Shown here piece by piece: positions 38,539 to 48,746 of a DNA stretch of 64,000 bases. Both the position numbers and the translations under genes were made by a program. The notes below the pieces were generated by a model. It saw only the letters and a program-made list of their open reading frames with translations, made no database searches and was not told where the DNA came from. Every line of letters starts with the position of its first letter. Position 1 is the first letter of the stretch. The stretch is from NCBI GenBank assembly GCA_037917675.1, contig JAVCBW010000036.1, forward strand, positions 1 to 64,000. The letters run 5' to 3'. The stretch comes from Thermoproteota archaeon. GTDB taxonomy: Archaea > Korarchaeota > Korarchaeia > B14-G2.

Positions 38539-39684
38539 ATGAGAGTAGACCTCCTCATTGTCGGCGGCGGCCCAGCAGGAGCTTCCCTAGCATACCTTGC
38601 TTCTAGGGCAGGCTTTAAAGTCACTGTTGTCGAGAGGAAGCATACTCCAGAGCAGCCTACCATCTGTGGTGAGTACCTGCCTGACTGGGATGTCCTCAGG
38701 AGCAGTCTATCAAGCTATAAGGATATGCTTCAATTCATATCAGACAGATTTTACAGCCAGGAGCTAGCTCTAAACAGAACAGAGACGCTAACATTAAATT
38801 TCTCAGGTGTGAAAGCTACTTTCAGGTTCAGAGGGCTGGTTATAGATAGAGCTAAGGCAGTATCTACCCTGCTAGAGGAAGCTGAGTCACATGGAGCCAA
38901 TATACTGCTCTCAACATGGTACTATGGAAGTAAGATTCACAGTGACAAGGTGGTCTCTAAAATAGGATCTAGCAGCGTGGAATCAAGCTATCTGATAGCT
39001 GCTGATGGCTATCTATCTCTTGCAGCCAAGTCAGCCCATCTCAGCTCCCAGCTTCCTCCAGAGGATGTAGCTTTAGTAACTTTGCAGAGAACAAAATGTG
39101 AACACAATGAAGACGATGTCTACATGGAGTTCAGTAGGATAGCTCCAGGAGGATATGCCTTCATAATACCAAGAGGAGGACTCTATAACATCGGAGTAGG
39201 CTATCCAAGGTCTCATAGGAAGAAAGTAACACTAGCACATAGAGAGTTCCTAAGAAAAGTAAAGGCTACACCAGCTGGCAGCAAGATACATGCTAAGCTA
39301 CTCCCAGTAGGAGGTCTAGTTAAGAAACCTACAGCAAGCAGAGTACTGCTGATAGGTGATGCAGTTGGTGCAGTAATGCCGACAAACGGGGGAGGGGTTC
39401 CTCTAGCAGCTCTAACAGCATGCTTAGCGGCGAAGGCTCTCCAATCAGAGAGGCCGGAAGAAGAATACACGTGCCTTCTAAAGCCTCTGTCACGCCTGCT
39501 CCAAACAGGCCTAGTAGCTAGGAGAATAGGAGAAAAGCTAGTATTCAATAAGATCCTGGCAAAGACTATGCTTAAAGCGATCCCAAAGACGGTGATCCTA
39601 GCGGCTTTATCGATGGATATGAGAGCAAAGACACTGCAGCTCATAAAACACTGGTTAGTACTCTCTAAACCCGATAGCTTCTAG
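38539..39684 (+). CDS. Geranylgeranyl reductase-family FAD oxidoreductase (second paralog)
   Basis: IVGGGPAG, CGE, ADG, PGGYAFIIP, GDA.G...P..GGG. Confidence 0.8.
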   Translation: MRVDLLIVGGGPAGASLAYLASRAGFKVTVVERKHTPEQPTICGEYLPDWDVLRSSLSSYKDMLQFISDRFYSQELALNRTETLTLNFSGVKATFRFRGLVIDRAKAVSTLLEEAESHGANILLSTWYYGSKIHSDKVVSKIGSSSVESSYLIAADGYLSLAAKSAHLSSQLPPEDVALVTLQRTKCEHNEDDVYMEFSRIAPGGYAFIIPRGGLYNIGVGYPRSHRKKVTLAHREFLRKVKATPAGSKIHAKLLPVGGLVKKPTASRVLLIGDAVGAVMPTNGGGVPLAALTACLAAKALQSERPEEEYTCLLKPLSRLLQTGLVARRIGEKLVFNKILAKTMLKAIPKTVILAALSMDMRAKTLQLIKHWLVLSKPDSF

Positions 39685-39825
39685 CATGTAGCTGCCGCAT
39701 GCAAGCATCATATCTAACTGGCGGCTGGCAACATAAAACAGTGTACATCATGGCATGGAGCTAACCTGCTGCATTGCATGCTGAGTATGCTTCCTTACAT
39801 GTAGCCTATCCTGAGCTCTGCTTTC

Positions 39826-40611
39826 CTATAGTGGTAATTTATGGAGTATTTCTGAGAGCTCCTCTACAAACCTAGTCTGCAGAAGTTTTTCAGGATCACC
39901 ATGGTCTGCTGCCAGAGAGGCTTCTGGATCAAGTGGGAGCCTGCCGAGAAATGCTACTTGAAGCTCCCTAGCCAGCTTCTCTGCAGCTCCCTCTCCAAAC
40001 AGCTTTACCTCGCCTTCTCCGAGTATTAATGTCGACATATTCTCTATGACTCCAAGCAATTTCACATTCATATCCTTCAGGAGCATACCTGCTCTTTTAG
40101 CTACTCTGGCTGAGAGAGCTGATGGAGTAGTCACTAGAATACATCCTCTTCTTTCCGGAATATGCTCTATGGCTGCCAGCATTTCGTCTCCTGTTCCCGG
40201 TGGGAGATCTACTACAAGCAGATCTAAGCTACCCCAGTCTGTTAAAGCTAGCAGCTCTCTGATAACTTCACGCTTCCCAGCTCCGCCAGCTGGGAAAGGG
40301 TTCTCTCCAGCGAAGAACTCTACCGACATAACCCTCACTCCCATTTTCTCAAGTGGTATGATCCCGCTTTCACCCTCTACTGGAGCTCCAGTGATGCCGA
40401 GTATGGCTGCAGAAGAGGGCCCATGTAGATCTAAGTCTAAGAGGCCAGTTCTCATGCCATCAGAGGCCTTAGTTAGAGCTATCGCAGCTGAAATCAGGCT
40501 CTTGCCTACTCCCCCCTTCCCGCTTGCAACCATCAGCGTGTACCCTATTTCAGAGAACCTCTTTGGTATCAGCACGCTTCTATAGTCTAGCTTACTCCAG
40601 CTCGACCTCAA
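39826..40611 (-). CDS. Mrp/MinD-family P-loop ATPase, probable ATPase-type HypB for nickel delivery
   Basis: SGKGGVGKS, DLDLHGPS, DLPPGTGD, ENMS without the following CxxC; overlaps hypA by 20 bp. Confidence 0.75.
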   Translation of the reverse strand: MRSSWSKLDYRSVLIPKRFSEIGYTLMVASGKGGVGKSLISAAIALTKASDGMRTGLLDLDLHGPSSAAILGITGAPVEGESGIIPLEKMGVRVMSVEFFAGENPFPAGGAGKREVIRELLALTDWGSLDLLVVDLPPGTGDEMLAAIEHIPERRGCILVTTPSALSARVAKRAGMLLKDMNVKLLGVIENMSTLILGEGEVKLFGEGAAEKLARELQVAFLGRLPLDPEASLAADHGDPEKLLQTRFVEELSEILHKLPL

Positions 40612-40993
40612 CGATCTTCACACTCCTACCTGACTCTATCTCAAAGTCTCTTCCACCACACCTAGGGCATCTCGAGAACGAAGAGACCAGCTCTGGTAGG
40701 AAGTGCATCATCTCCCTTTCATCTTCTGAGAGGGGCCCTATAAGCTCTCTGAAGCCTAGCGTTGCCCCACAGCTCAAGCACTTCACTCCAGCAGCCTCTG
40801 CCTCAACAGAGAACTCAGCTCCCTCCAGCTCTGTCTTCTTAACCATATCCCTCAAGAGCTCTCTGATTAGCTCTATGCTAAACCCTGCCAGCTCACCTAC
40901 TGCAACCCTAAACCTCACTACCCTTTTCCCCTCCTGCCTAGCATACCTTGACACTGCTTCTACGATGCCACTTACAACCACAAGTTCATGCAT
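40592..40993 (-). CDS. hypA: Hydrogenase nickel chaperone HypA
   Basis: N-terminal MHE, CLSC and CPRC zinc motifs, HFLPE insertion. Confidence 0.92.
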   Translation of the reverse strand: MHELVVVSGIVEAVSRYARQEGKRVVRFRVAVGELAGFSIELIRELLRDMVKKTELEGAEFSVEAEAAGVKCLSCGATLGFRELIGPLSEDEREMMHFLPELVSSFSRCPRCGGRDFEIESGRSVKIVEVELE

Positions 40994-41128
40994 CCTCCCT
41001 CCCCTATCTGTCTCCAGTTAATTTCTTAAACCCATGCCACGGATCTAGCCTCTCCCATGGACACTACCTTGAACCCTGCCTACTCAGCTTAAGATTTGCA
41101 TACCACATGTGTACAGACCCATGAATAG

Positions 41129-41140
41129 CTATATATAAGT
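41129..41140 (+). promoter_or_regulatory. Candidate TATA box (TATATATAA) upstream of the hydrogenase operon
   Basis: About 33 nt upstream of TTG 41172, which has a GGTGA RBS. Confidence 0.5.
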
Positions 41141-41171
41141 CAGCTAATGGAGGGTTTGCCGGTGAACAGCC

Positions 41172-42284
41172 TTGGCTGACCCCACCGAGTCTTCTCTCGA
41201 TCACAGCTATCTGGAGATGAAGAGGCGTGATTTCCTGAAGCTTGCTGCCGTAACCGGCACCTCCATAGCGCTCTCACAGGTTAAGCCTATTGTCCTGGAG
41301 GTATTAGCTCAAGCGAAGGACTACGTACACATCTGCTGGCTGAATGGAGCAGGATGCACAGGCTGCAGCATATCCTTCGCTCAGGCAGCTGACCCAGACA
41401 TCATAGAAGTGCTCTGCAGCATAACAGTAGGGAACTCAGGGCTTCCAATAGCTCTACCAGACTGGATGTATGTCATACACCCTGCAGCCGGCACCCTAGG
41501 AGTAGAGCTCATAGAGGAGTGGATAGCTCACAAGGGACCAGGCCCCAAAATCATGGTAGTAGAGGGAGCAGTGCAGAAACCAGGCTTCTGTGAGACAGGT
41601 GAAAGAGACTTTAGAGACTGGGTCAAAGACTGTGCTGCTGCAGCAGACTACATAGTCGCATTCGGCTCATGCTCAGCCTACGGAGGCATCCCTCATGCTA
41701 AAGGTAACGTCACTGGAGCAATGGGGGTACAGGAGTTCCTAAAGCAAGCTGGGATGGCTGAGAAAGCGAAGGCCGTTATAAACCTCCCAAGGTGCCCTGG
41801 GCACCCAGACAGCCTGATACTGACCCTAGCAAGCCTGATAGTAGGCGTAGTCCCAAAGCTAGATAGATACAATAGGCCTCTAATGTTCTATGGGAGGAAC
41901 ATGCATGAGGAGCTTTGCCCATATAGGCCCTTCTATGACAGAGGCATCTTCGCTGAGTTCGGGCAGAGCGAGCAGGGATGCAGGTTTAAGATAGGATGTA
42001 AGGGCCCAGTGGCTTGGACAGACTGTGCTCTGAGGAAGTGGAACAATGGGGTAGCATACTGTGTTGAGGTCGGTGCACCATGCATAGGCTGCTCTGAGCC
42101 AGACTTTCCAGACGGCGATACAGCACCCTTCTTTAAGGAGCTCCCTACACTGCCGACGATACTAGGGATACCAGTGGAGACGTGGGCTAAGGCATTCGCT
42201 GGGGCAGCTGCAGTAGGTGTCGGAATACACCTAGCAAAGAAGATTGCTACGAGAGGAAAGGAGGGGGAGGAGGGAGGTGAGTGA
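41172..42284 (+). CDS. Group 1 [NiFe] hydrogenase small subunit with Tat signal and C-terminal membrane anchor
   Basis: KRRDFLK; CTGCS, GSC, CPGHP (proximal cluster); H...C, C...GCKGP (distal); PCIGC (medial); hydrophobic tail. Confidence 0.92.
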   Translation: MADPTESSLDHSYLEMKRRDFLKLAAVTGTSIALSQVKPIVLEVLAQAKDYVHICWLNGAGCTGCSISFAQAADPDIIEVLCSITVGNSGLPIALPDWMYVIHPAAGTLGVELIEEWIAHKGPGPKIMVVEGAVQKPGFCETGERDFRDWVKDCAAAADYIVAFGSCSAYGGIPHAKGNVTGAMGVQEFLKQAGMAEKAKAVINLPRCPGHPDSLILTLASLIVGVVPKLDRYNRPLMFYGRNMHEELCPYRPFYDRGIFAEFGQSEQGCRFKIGCKGPVAWTDCALRKWNNGVAYCVEVGAPCIGCSEPDFPDGDTAPFFKELPTLPTILGIPVETWAKAFAGAAAVGVGIHLAKKIATRGKEGEEGGE

Positions 42285-44014
42285 GCTTGGCCAAGTTTAG
42301 AGTGGATCCTATCAGCAGAATTGAGGGCCACCTCAAGATAGAGTGTAAGATCGAGAGGAAACCTGAGCTGAACAACGAGTACTTTGTGACAGAATGCAAG
42401 GCTCCAGTCACGATGTTCAGAGGATTTGAGATATTCCTCAGAGGGAGAGACCCTCGTGATGCTGTGCTGATAAACCAGCGCATATGCGGCGTATGCCCAC
42501 ATCCCCATGCGCTAGCTACAGTCCAGGCATTAGATGATGCGTTTGACGCTGTACCACCTCCAGCTGCAGTCCTAATCAGGAACATAGCCTCAAGTGCCTA
42601 TTACCTATACGACCACCTGATACACTTCTACCTTCTGATAGGCCCTGAGCTAGCTGTCCTAATGGGCCCAGAGCATGGTGCTCCAATACTCCCACCAGTC
42701 CTCGGCAAGGAAGGGCTGGCGAAGGGAATAGGTACACACTATGCGGAGTGCGTCAGGGTGCAGCGTAGAGCTAACCAAGTTGTCGCACTGTGGACAGGGA
42801 AGTTTCCTCATGCAGCAAACTACTATCCTGGTGGAGTCTTAGTTGAGCCGACCCTAGACAGGATAGCTAAGTCTGTTGCAGCCATGGTAGATGTCTGGGA
42901 GTTTGTAGCCTTAACTCACATACAGGACATAATGAACCTGATAGAGGCTAATGAGAGGCTAAAGGAGGTGACCGGAGATGCTCTGGGAGCCAATGTAGGG
43001 CTAGAGGACATAGGAGTGACGACAGGGAACTTTCTATCCTATGGGATGCTTCCCTGGCCAGAGGACTATGAGTCAGATTGGCTGGAGACATCAAGGCGTG
43101 AGAAGTCTGTGATAAAGGCAGGCTGCTGGTATGATGGGTCAAGGCATCCACTAGACGAGAATAAAATAACAGAGGATGCCAAGTACTCCTGGTATGATGT
43201 TCCTGACGGCTTACATCCATGGGAAGGTCAGACCGTTCCAAACCGCAACAAGCCTGGAGCCTACACATGGACTAAGGCACCACGCTACGACGATAGAGTC
43301 TGCGAAGTCGGCCCGCTGGCCAGAATGCTGAACACCATGGGCACAGAGTGGAGGATCCCCAGGGTACATCCGATAACAGGAGAAGATTACGGTGACTTTG
43401 TCTATAGGGTCAGAAACCCTAAGGGATCGGTCCTCGACAGGGTGGTTGCCAGAGCAGCTTGTGCCCTGATATGTGCTAATGTAGCATTCGATTTCCTGAA
43501 AAGTCTAGCTAGCCTGGTCAAGGCAGGGATGGCAAAGAACCTAAACTACAAGCCAGTACCAAAGGAGGCTAATGGAAGGGGGCTATGGGAGGCTCCAAGG
43601 GGAGCACTAGGCCACTGGGTCAAGATAAAGGGATACAAGATAGAGAGCTGGCAGGCAATAGTCCCAGGAACATGGAACTGGAGCCCACGTGATAGCAAAG
43701 ACAGGCCAGGAGCAGGAGAGCATGCAATCCAATGTGGGACGACATGGATACCTACACTGACAGTGCCTGAGCTAGCTAACGCACTGTACCCAGGCTGGGG
43801 GGACACCGTAGCAATGGCTTTAACAAAGCTCAACCCGAAGCTGGCTGGCCTCAACATGGAGCCAACTGACACAGGTGAGAAGGTTAATGCTACCCTACCG
43901 CTGATAATAGTAAGATCGTTTGACCCCTGCCTGGCGTGTGGTGTGCACATCATATCACCGAGTAAGAAGACCTATGTGTTTGAGCTCAAGCATGGCTTAT
44001 GCAGCCTATACTAG
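42281..44014 (+). CDS. Group 1 [NiFe] hydrogenase large subunit
   Basis: RIEGH, L1 RICGVC, EAPRGALGHW, L2 DPCLACGVH plus cleavable C-terminal extension. Confidence 0.94.
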   Translation: MSLAKFRVDPISRIEGHLKIECKIERKPELNNEYFVTECKAPVTMFRGFEIFLRGRDPRDAVLINQRICGVCPHPHALATVQALDDAFDAVPPPAAVLIRNIASSAYYLYDHLIHFYLLIGPELAVLMGPEHGAPILPPVLGKEGLAKGIGTHYAECVRVQRRANQVVALWTGKFPHAANYYPGGVLVEPTLDRIAKSVAAMVDVWEFVALTHIQDIMNLIEANERLKEVTGDALGANVGLEDIGVTTGNFLSYGMLPWPEDYESDWLETSRREKSVIKAGCWYDGSRHPLDENKITEDAKYSWYDVPDGLHPWEGQTVPNRNKPGAYTWTKAPRYDDRVCEVGPLARMLNTMGTEWRIPRVHPITGEDYGDFVYRVRNPKGSVLDRVVARAACALICANVAFDFLKSLASLVKAGMAKNLNYKPVPKEANGRGLWEAPRGALGHWVKIKGYKIESWQAIVPGTWNWSPRDSKDRPGAGEHAIQCGTTWIPTLTVPELANALYPGWGDTVAMALTKLNPKLAGLNMEPTDTGEKVNATLPLIIVRSFDPCLACGVHIISPSKKTYVFELKHGLCSLY

Positions 44015-44680
44015 GTGTCCTCTATGAAGCTGAAGAGGGTTCGAGTTAAGCGGCATACGCTGGTTTTCAGGATACTACACTGGCTCATAGTAGTGGAAGG
44101 TATCACACTGGGGCTAACAGGCCTCCAGCTTGGTGGAATATGGGGTGTCAGGATACTGCCAGGTGGGATGACGAGAGCAGTACACGTCGTAGCAGGGTTA
44201 GCATGGTTCTTCACGGCTCTCCTCTTCACCCAATACTTCCTGTCCAAGGACTACAAGTGGTATAGCATAGGGAGGATCCCCTACTCGATATCATACATGA
44301 TAGCAGAAGCTAAAGCATGGCTTGGAATAGGCCCCCACCTAGAGGAGCCGATAAGATACGACCCTAAGAGGAAGAGGTATGTAGAGAAGATAGTGCCGAC
44401 AGAAGCCATGGTATGGTGGATTTTCCTGGTATTAGGCTTGATAATAGCTTTCACAGGGCTGGCGCTAGCTTTCACAGAGTACTTCCCCCTAGTCTATGAG
44501 ATAGCTGGAGGCCTAGCAGCAGTCCTTGGAGGAGGACCATACTCCATGGTCAGAGCAATACATAGAGCAGCTGCAGCAGCGATCCTAGGAGTAGTCATAT
44601 TACACGCCTATGCGGCAGTAGTCTTCAAGATGCTCCGAGCAATAACCCTAGGGTACAGAGATGAGCCAGTAGCCGAGTAG
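44015..44680 (+). CDS. Hydrogenase b-type cytochrome subunit
   Basis: Four TM helices with His ligands (RILHW, VHV, IHR, LHAY). Confidence 0.88.
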   Translation: MSSMKLKRVRVKRHTLVFRILHWLIVVEGITLGLTGLQLGGIWGVRILPGGMTRAVHVVAGLAWFFTALLFTQYFLSKDYKWYSIGRIPYSISYMIAEAKAWLGIGPHLEEPIRYDPKRKRYVEKIVPTEAMVWWIFLVLGLIIAFTGLALAFTEYFPLVYEIAGGLAAVLGGGPYSMVRAIHRAAAAAILGVVILHAYAAVVFKMLRAITLGYRDEPVAE

Positions 44681-44699
44681 CACTCCTATTTTTTCTAAG

Positions 44700-45176
44700 T
44701 TGAGGATAGTAGTTGTTGGAATAGGGAATATACTGAGTGGAGATGAGGGGGTAGGTGTTCATATAGCTAGGAAGCTGAAGGCATATAGGCTTCCTCCAGG
44801 AGTAGAGGTTTATGACTGTGGGACAAGCGGGGTAGCTCTCTTAGAGGCACTAGATGGAGCAGATAAAGCCATCATAGTAGATGCAGCTTTAACTGGAGGT
44901 AAGCCAGGGGAGATATCGAGGCTAACCTTAAGTGACCTAGAGAAGCTAGAGTCTTCTCTCCTCACTATGGCATCACTACACCACCTAGACCTAGTAACTA
45001 CACTACATGTAGCTAAGCTGACAGACGCATATAAGCTACCTAAGGATGTGGTTATATTAGGTATTGAGCCATGCTCGCTTGAGCCTAGCATGGAGCTATC
45101 TCCTATCCTAAAGAGGAAGATGCCTGAGCTGATAACCACTGTGATACAAGAGATCCATCGTCTACTAGGCGAGTAA
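44700..45176 (+). CDS. Hydrogenase maturation endopeptidase (HyaD/HycI family)
   Basis: GIGN....DEGVG, D.GT, IVDA, SLH, LS. Confidence 0.92.
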   Translation: MRIVVVGIGNILSGDEGVGVHIARKLKAYRLPPGVEVYDCGTSGVALLEALDGADKAIIVDAALTGGKPGEISRLTLSDLEKLESSLLTMASLHHLDLVTTLHVAKLTDAYKLPKDVVILGIEPCSLEPSMELSPILKRKMPELITTVIQEIHRLLGE

Positions 45177-45370
45177 AATCAATCAGCTGGAGTCGACTTC
45201 GATAGAAGACCCTACAGCTCGTAGCTTCACCAGCATCTGACAGGAGAAGCAAGCTACCGAATCTCCTGTTAGCCAGAAGGACCTATGGGAAAGCTGCTCT
45301 TAAGGCAGTCATCTGCAGCAATTATTAAAAGCCTCCTCGCTGGTGGCTTCCTTGCTAGAGGCTTGCAGCC

Positions 45371-46288
45371 ATGTCATCAGCTGAGCAGCTGCTGAAGAGC
45401 AGGCTTCTGAAGCCTGACCTCACCACTCTAAAGCTAATGGATGCCTACATTAAGCTTACCAAGCCAAAACAGACCTTTCTACTTGTTTTGACGTCAGTAT
45501 TCACATACATAGGCTTTGGTGGTAGGTCTCTAGCAGATCTCATGAAGCTCCTTACTGCTATCACTTCCTCAGTTTCTGGGTCTACAGCCATCAATATGGT
45601 GCTGGACTCCGATATAGACTCCATGATGGACAGGACTAGGATGAGGCCTATACCACGTGGCATAGTCTCTGAAGCTAGGGCTGCAGTATTCGGTATCATT
45701 CTCATTTCACTTGGATTAGGGCTGTCTACTCTACTAAACTCATGGGTTGTGTTATCTGTTATGCTCGGTATCATGTTTGACCTGTTAGTGTATACGCTTT
45801 GGGCTAAGAGAAAGACTCCTCTCTCGATAGTATATGGTGGTGTTGCTGGAGGAGCTCCCTCCTTAGCAGGTTATGCTGCTGCAAGAGGGTGTTTAGATCT
45901 GGTTTCTCTCCTCGTAGTGCTGATAACAGCAGCCTGGATTCCAGCTCACGTCTGGTACATTTCAATATACTACATAGAGGACTACAGGAAGGCTGGAGTA
46001 CCCATGCTTCCAGTAGCTGTTGGTATAAGACAGGCTGCCAGGATAATCACAGCATTTATAGCTATGATGGTCCTAGCAGAGCTCTTTCTCTTCTTGATAG
46101 GAGAGTTCAGCATCATCTACCTAGCTATAGCTCTGATACCAACCCTCTTCCTTCTCTATAAGGCAGCCATCTATGCTAAGAACCCGAACATAGAAGATGC
46201 TAGACGGATGTATAAGCTGGCTTCACCAGTAGAAGGGCTGGCTTTCATGGCTATGCTAGTAGATCGACTGCTATCAGGCTTCCTATAA
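45371..46288 (+). CDS. cyoE: Protoheme IX farnesyltransferase (heme O synthase)
   Basis: LTKP, N...D.DID..M.RT..RP, YT...KR, GG.AG..P, W.P.H, DY..AG.PM.P. Confidence 0.88.
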   Translation: MSSAEQLLKSRLLKPDLTTLKLMDAYIKLTKPKQTFLLVLTSVFTYIGFGGRSLADLMKLLTAITSSVSGSTAINMVLDSDIDSMMDRTRMRPIPRGIVSEARAAVFGIILISLGLGLSTLLNSWVVLSVMLGIMFDLLVYTLWAKRKTPLSIVYGGVAGGAPSLAGYAAARGCLDLVSLLVVLITAAWIPAHVWYISIYYIEDYRKAGVPMLPVAVGIRQAARIITAFIAMMVLAELFLFLIGEFSIIYLAIALIPTLFLLYKAAIYAKNPNIEDARRMYKLASPVEGLAFMAMLVDRLLSGFL

Positions 46289-46290
46289 CC

Positions 46291-46590
46291 TCACTTTTCC
46301 TTTTCCTCCTCAAGCCGCTGGACGATCTCCTTAGCTATCTCCTCTGTACTCTTCCCCTCAGTGTTTATTCCAAGCTTTTCAGCAGCTTTCATCAAGGCCT
46401 CTCTCTCCTCTGCAGCTTTCCTCTTCTTTTTCTCCTCTACATCCTCCTCTTCCTCAAGAAGGCCTGAACTGGCCTTCCTATACTCGTATATCGCTTTTCC
46501 TATGCCTCTAGCCAATTCAGGAAGCTTTTTCGGCCCAAATAGCAGTAGAGCTATTGCAAGGATAGCCACTACCTCCCACGTACCTAGCAC
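46291..46590 (-). CDS. tatA: Twin-arginine translocase TatA
   Basis: E...I....LLLFGPKKLPELARGIG; GTG start. Confidence 0.9.
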   Translation of the reverse strand: MLGTWEVVAILAIALLLFGPKKLPELARGIGKAIYEYRKASSGLLEEEEDVEEKKKRKAAEEREALMKAAEKLGINTEGKSTEEIAKEIVQRLEEEKEK

Positions 46591-47133
46591 ACTATCCCCA
46601 GAGAAGGTACGGCAGCTATCCCATTTTAAGCTTATACCCCAGCTAGTACATAGACTTATTCCAGCAGATGTGAGTAGGCAAGCGGAATCTGCCTTCTATG
46701 ATGTTGTGTTGAGCTCTCTACTGATAGCTGATGGAGACTCATATGACGGTATTAAGTAGCAATAGTGCTCAGCTATAACAGTAGTGCTAGGATGCAGAAG
46801 ATCATGATCTATGTGAGCTCAGAGCTTAAGCAGGGGTGTCAAGGGATAAGACATGGGAGGCTTTTCTCTGAGCCAGCTAGGTCAAATGATGCCACATATT
46901 GGCGCTAAGAGAATCTATGCAGAAGTTTAAGTGCTAGCAGAGGTTCATAGAGGAGAGAAGTCTACTGATAGCAGCTACCGCTACATTGCATGGAAGACTT
47001 CTCTCGTAAAAAGCTCCGTTATGGAGGTTCAAGAAGTGCAGGCTTCTCTGGCACGATGTCACCATGTCATATGCGACGGAAGTATGCTATGGTCTTATAG
47101 TAAATTTTCTTAACAGCAGATTAGGGGGGTCCC

Positions 47134-48039
47134 TTGAGAATCATATCCTTCTGGGGTAAAGGTGGTGTAGGCAAGACCACATGCTCAGCTTCTATAGCAG
47201 TTCGGCTAGCTAAAGGTGGCTATAGAGTTCTGCTGGTCACTAGCGACCCCACCCCATCTCTGTCAGATATACTTGGCATCAGCCTTAATCCTCAGCCAAG
47301 GGCTGTGAGCGGCTCTCTGTATGCTGCTGAACTCGATGAGAATGCCATAGTTGAGATGTGGAAGAAGAGATTTGGAGACGAAGTCTATGATGTAGTGTCT
47401 TCTTTTCTACCTGTTGGAGAGGAGATTATAGACTACATTGCTGGAGCTCCTGGCATAGGATTCGAGTTCATGCTCTGGTACATCCTAGACAAGAAGTCCA
47501 CTGGAGAGTATGACTTTATAGTCTGGGATACTGCTCCTGCTGGTGGAGCTTTGTCCCTAGTGAAGCTAGAGGAGCAGCTCTACAGTCACTTAAGTGATGC
47601 AGCAGCAATTTACCTGAAGATCAAGTCTACACTAGACAAGATAAGGCGTAAAGAGAAAGCTGATCCCCTCAGGCTGATAAGCAGCTGGAGGAAGCTAGCT
47701 GAGGACGTGCTGGCCATGCTTGCCTCCCCAGATTTCGAAGCATACATAGTGACTATACCAGAGTGGCTAGGGTATACTCAAGCTAAGCGCATAATGCGAG
47801 AGCTAGCTGCATTCAGCATAAGGGTACGCAAAGTAATAGTTAACCAAGTCTTTCAGAGAGAAGCATGCAACTGCAAGCCTTGGGTCAAGAAGTCAGAAGT
47901 GCATGCCAAGTACCTTAAGCTCCTTCAGAGAGAGTTTGGAGAGAAGCCCGGTATCGCGGTGATACCGATGCTCCCAGAGGACATTCAGGGAGAAGAGAAG
48001 CTACTAAGCTTCTCAGAGTACCTTAAGGGGGTGCTCTGA
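47134..48039 (+). CDS. ArsA/GET3 (TRC40)-family ATPase, single domain
   Basis: GKGGVGKTT, SDP..SL.D, DTAP.G, VNQ. Confidence 0.88.
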   Translation: MRIISFWGKGGVGKTTCSASIAVRLAKGGYRVLLVTSDPTPSLSDILGISLNPQPRAVSGSLYAAELDENAIVEMWKKRFGDEVYDVVSSFLPVGEEIIDYIAGAPGIGFEFMLWYILDKKSTGEYDFIVWDTAPAGGALSLVKLEEQLYSHLSDAAAIYLKIKSTLDKIRRKEKADPLRLISSWRKLAEDVLAMLASPDFEAYIVTIPEWLGYTQAKRIMRELAAFSIRVRKVIVNQVFQREACNCKPWVKKSEVHAKYLKLLQREFGEKPGIAVIPMLPEDIQGEEKLLSFSEYLKGVL

Positions 48040-48746
48040 TGACATATGGTCTCTCACGGCAGCTCTGGGTTTCCGTGGAGCTAGCCTTGAGAGACACAAT
48101 TCCATGCTATGAGCAGGTAAACAGAGTAATAACTCTAGGGCTCTCAGGCGTCATGAGGTCTAAAGTGCTTGGCTCCCTCCCCCTCAGCCCTGGCTCTAAG
48201 GTTCTAGATATCGGATGTGGCCCAGGCCAGTCTTCTATCATTTTAGAGTCTAAAGTACACCCGGGTGGAGAAGTATGTTGCCTAGATATCCTCCCCGGTA
48301 TGGTCACTTCTCTGAAAGAAGCCTCATCAGGCCTCTCTTTAAGTCCTGTGTTAGCAAAGATGGAGGAGTTGCCTTTTCAAAGCGAGTCTTTTGACTGCGT
48401 CGTCTTCTCATATTCTCTCAGAGACTCCTTAAACCGCATAAGGGCTTTAGCTGAAGCACATAGGGTGCTGAAGCCTAGAGGACTGCTAGCTATACTAGAT
48501 CTATTCAAGCCTGAAGTCAGAATATGCCAGGAGCTCCTCTCCATGTATCTCAAAAAACTGGTTCCTCTAGCTGCAATCGCAGTATGCGGCTTGAGAGGCA
48601 AAGCTTGGAGAATGCTTCATCCAACATACCAGCTCATGTGGACTCTAAGCTCTCTCAAGGACGCTCTAGCTAAGGTAGGCTTTGTAGTACTACAGGTCAC
48701 ACGAGCACTAGCCTTAGCTGGAGTTGTTGCCAGAAAGGTGGTTTAA
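48039..48746 (+). CDS. UbiE/MenG-like class I SAM methyltransferase
   Basis: Y...N..I.LG, LDIGCGPG, LPF...FD, LR......L.E..RVLKP.G, Y....VP. Confidence 0.75.
   Translation: MTYGLSRQLWVSVELALRDTIPCYEQVNRVITLGLSGVMRSKVLGSLPLSPGSKVLDIGCGPGQSSIILESKVHPGGEVCCLDILPGMVTSLKEASSGLSLSPVLAKMEELPFQSESFDCVVFSYSLRDSLNRIRALAEAHRVLKPRGLLAILDLFKPEVRICQELLSMYLKKLVPLAAIAVCGLRGKAWRMLHPTYQLMWTLSSLKDALAKVGFVVLQVTRALALAGVVARKVV

Noticed and set aside
38539-39684. GGR-like flavoproteins as FixC/ETF:quinone reductase
   Set aside because: No adjacent FixX ferredoxin or etf genes, and the CGE and Y.(W/F)..P motifs fit the GGR family better
46698-46746. Possible C/D box sRNA in the tatA-arsA gap
   Set aside because: Boxes are degenerate (ATGATGT, CTGATGG, ATGA) and guide lengths are irregular
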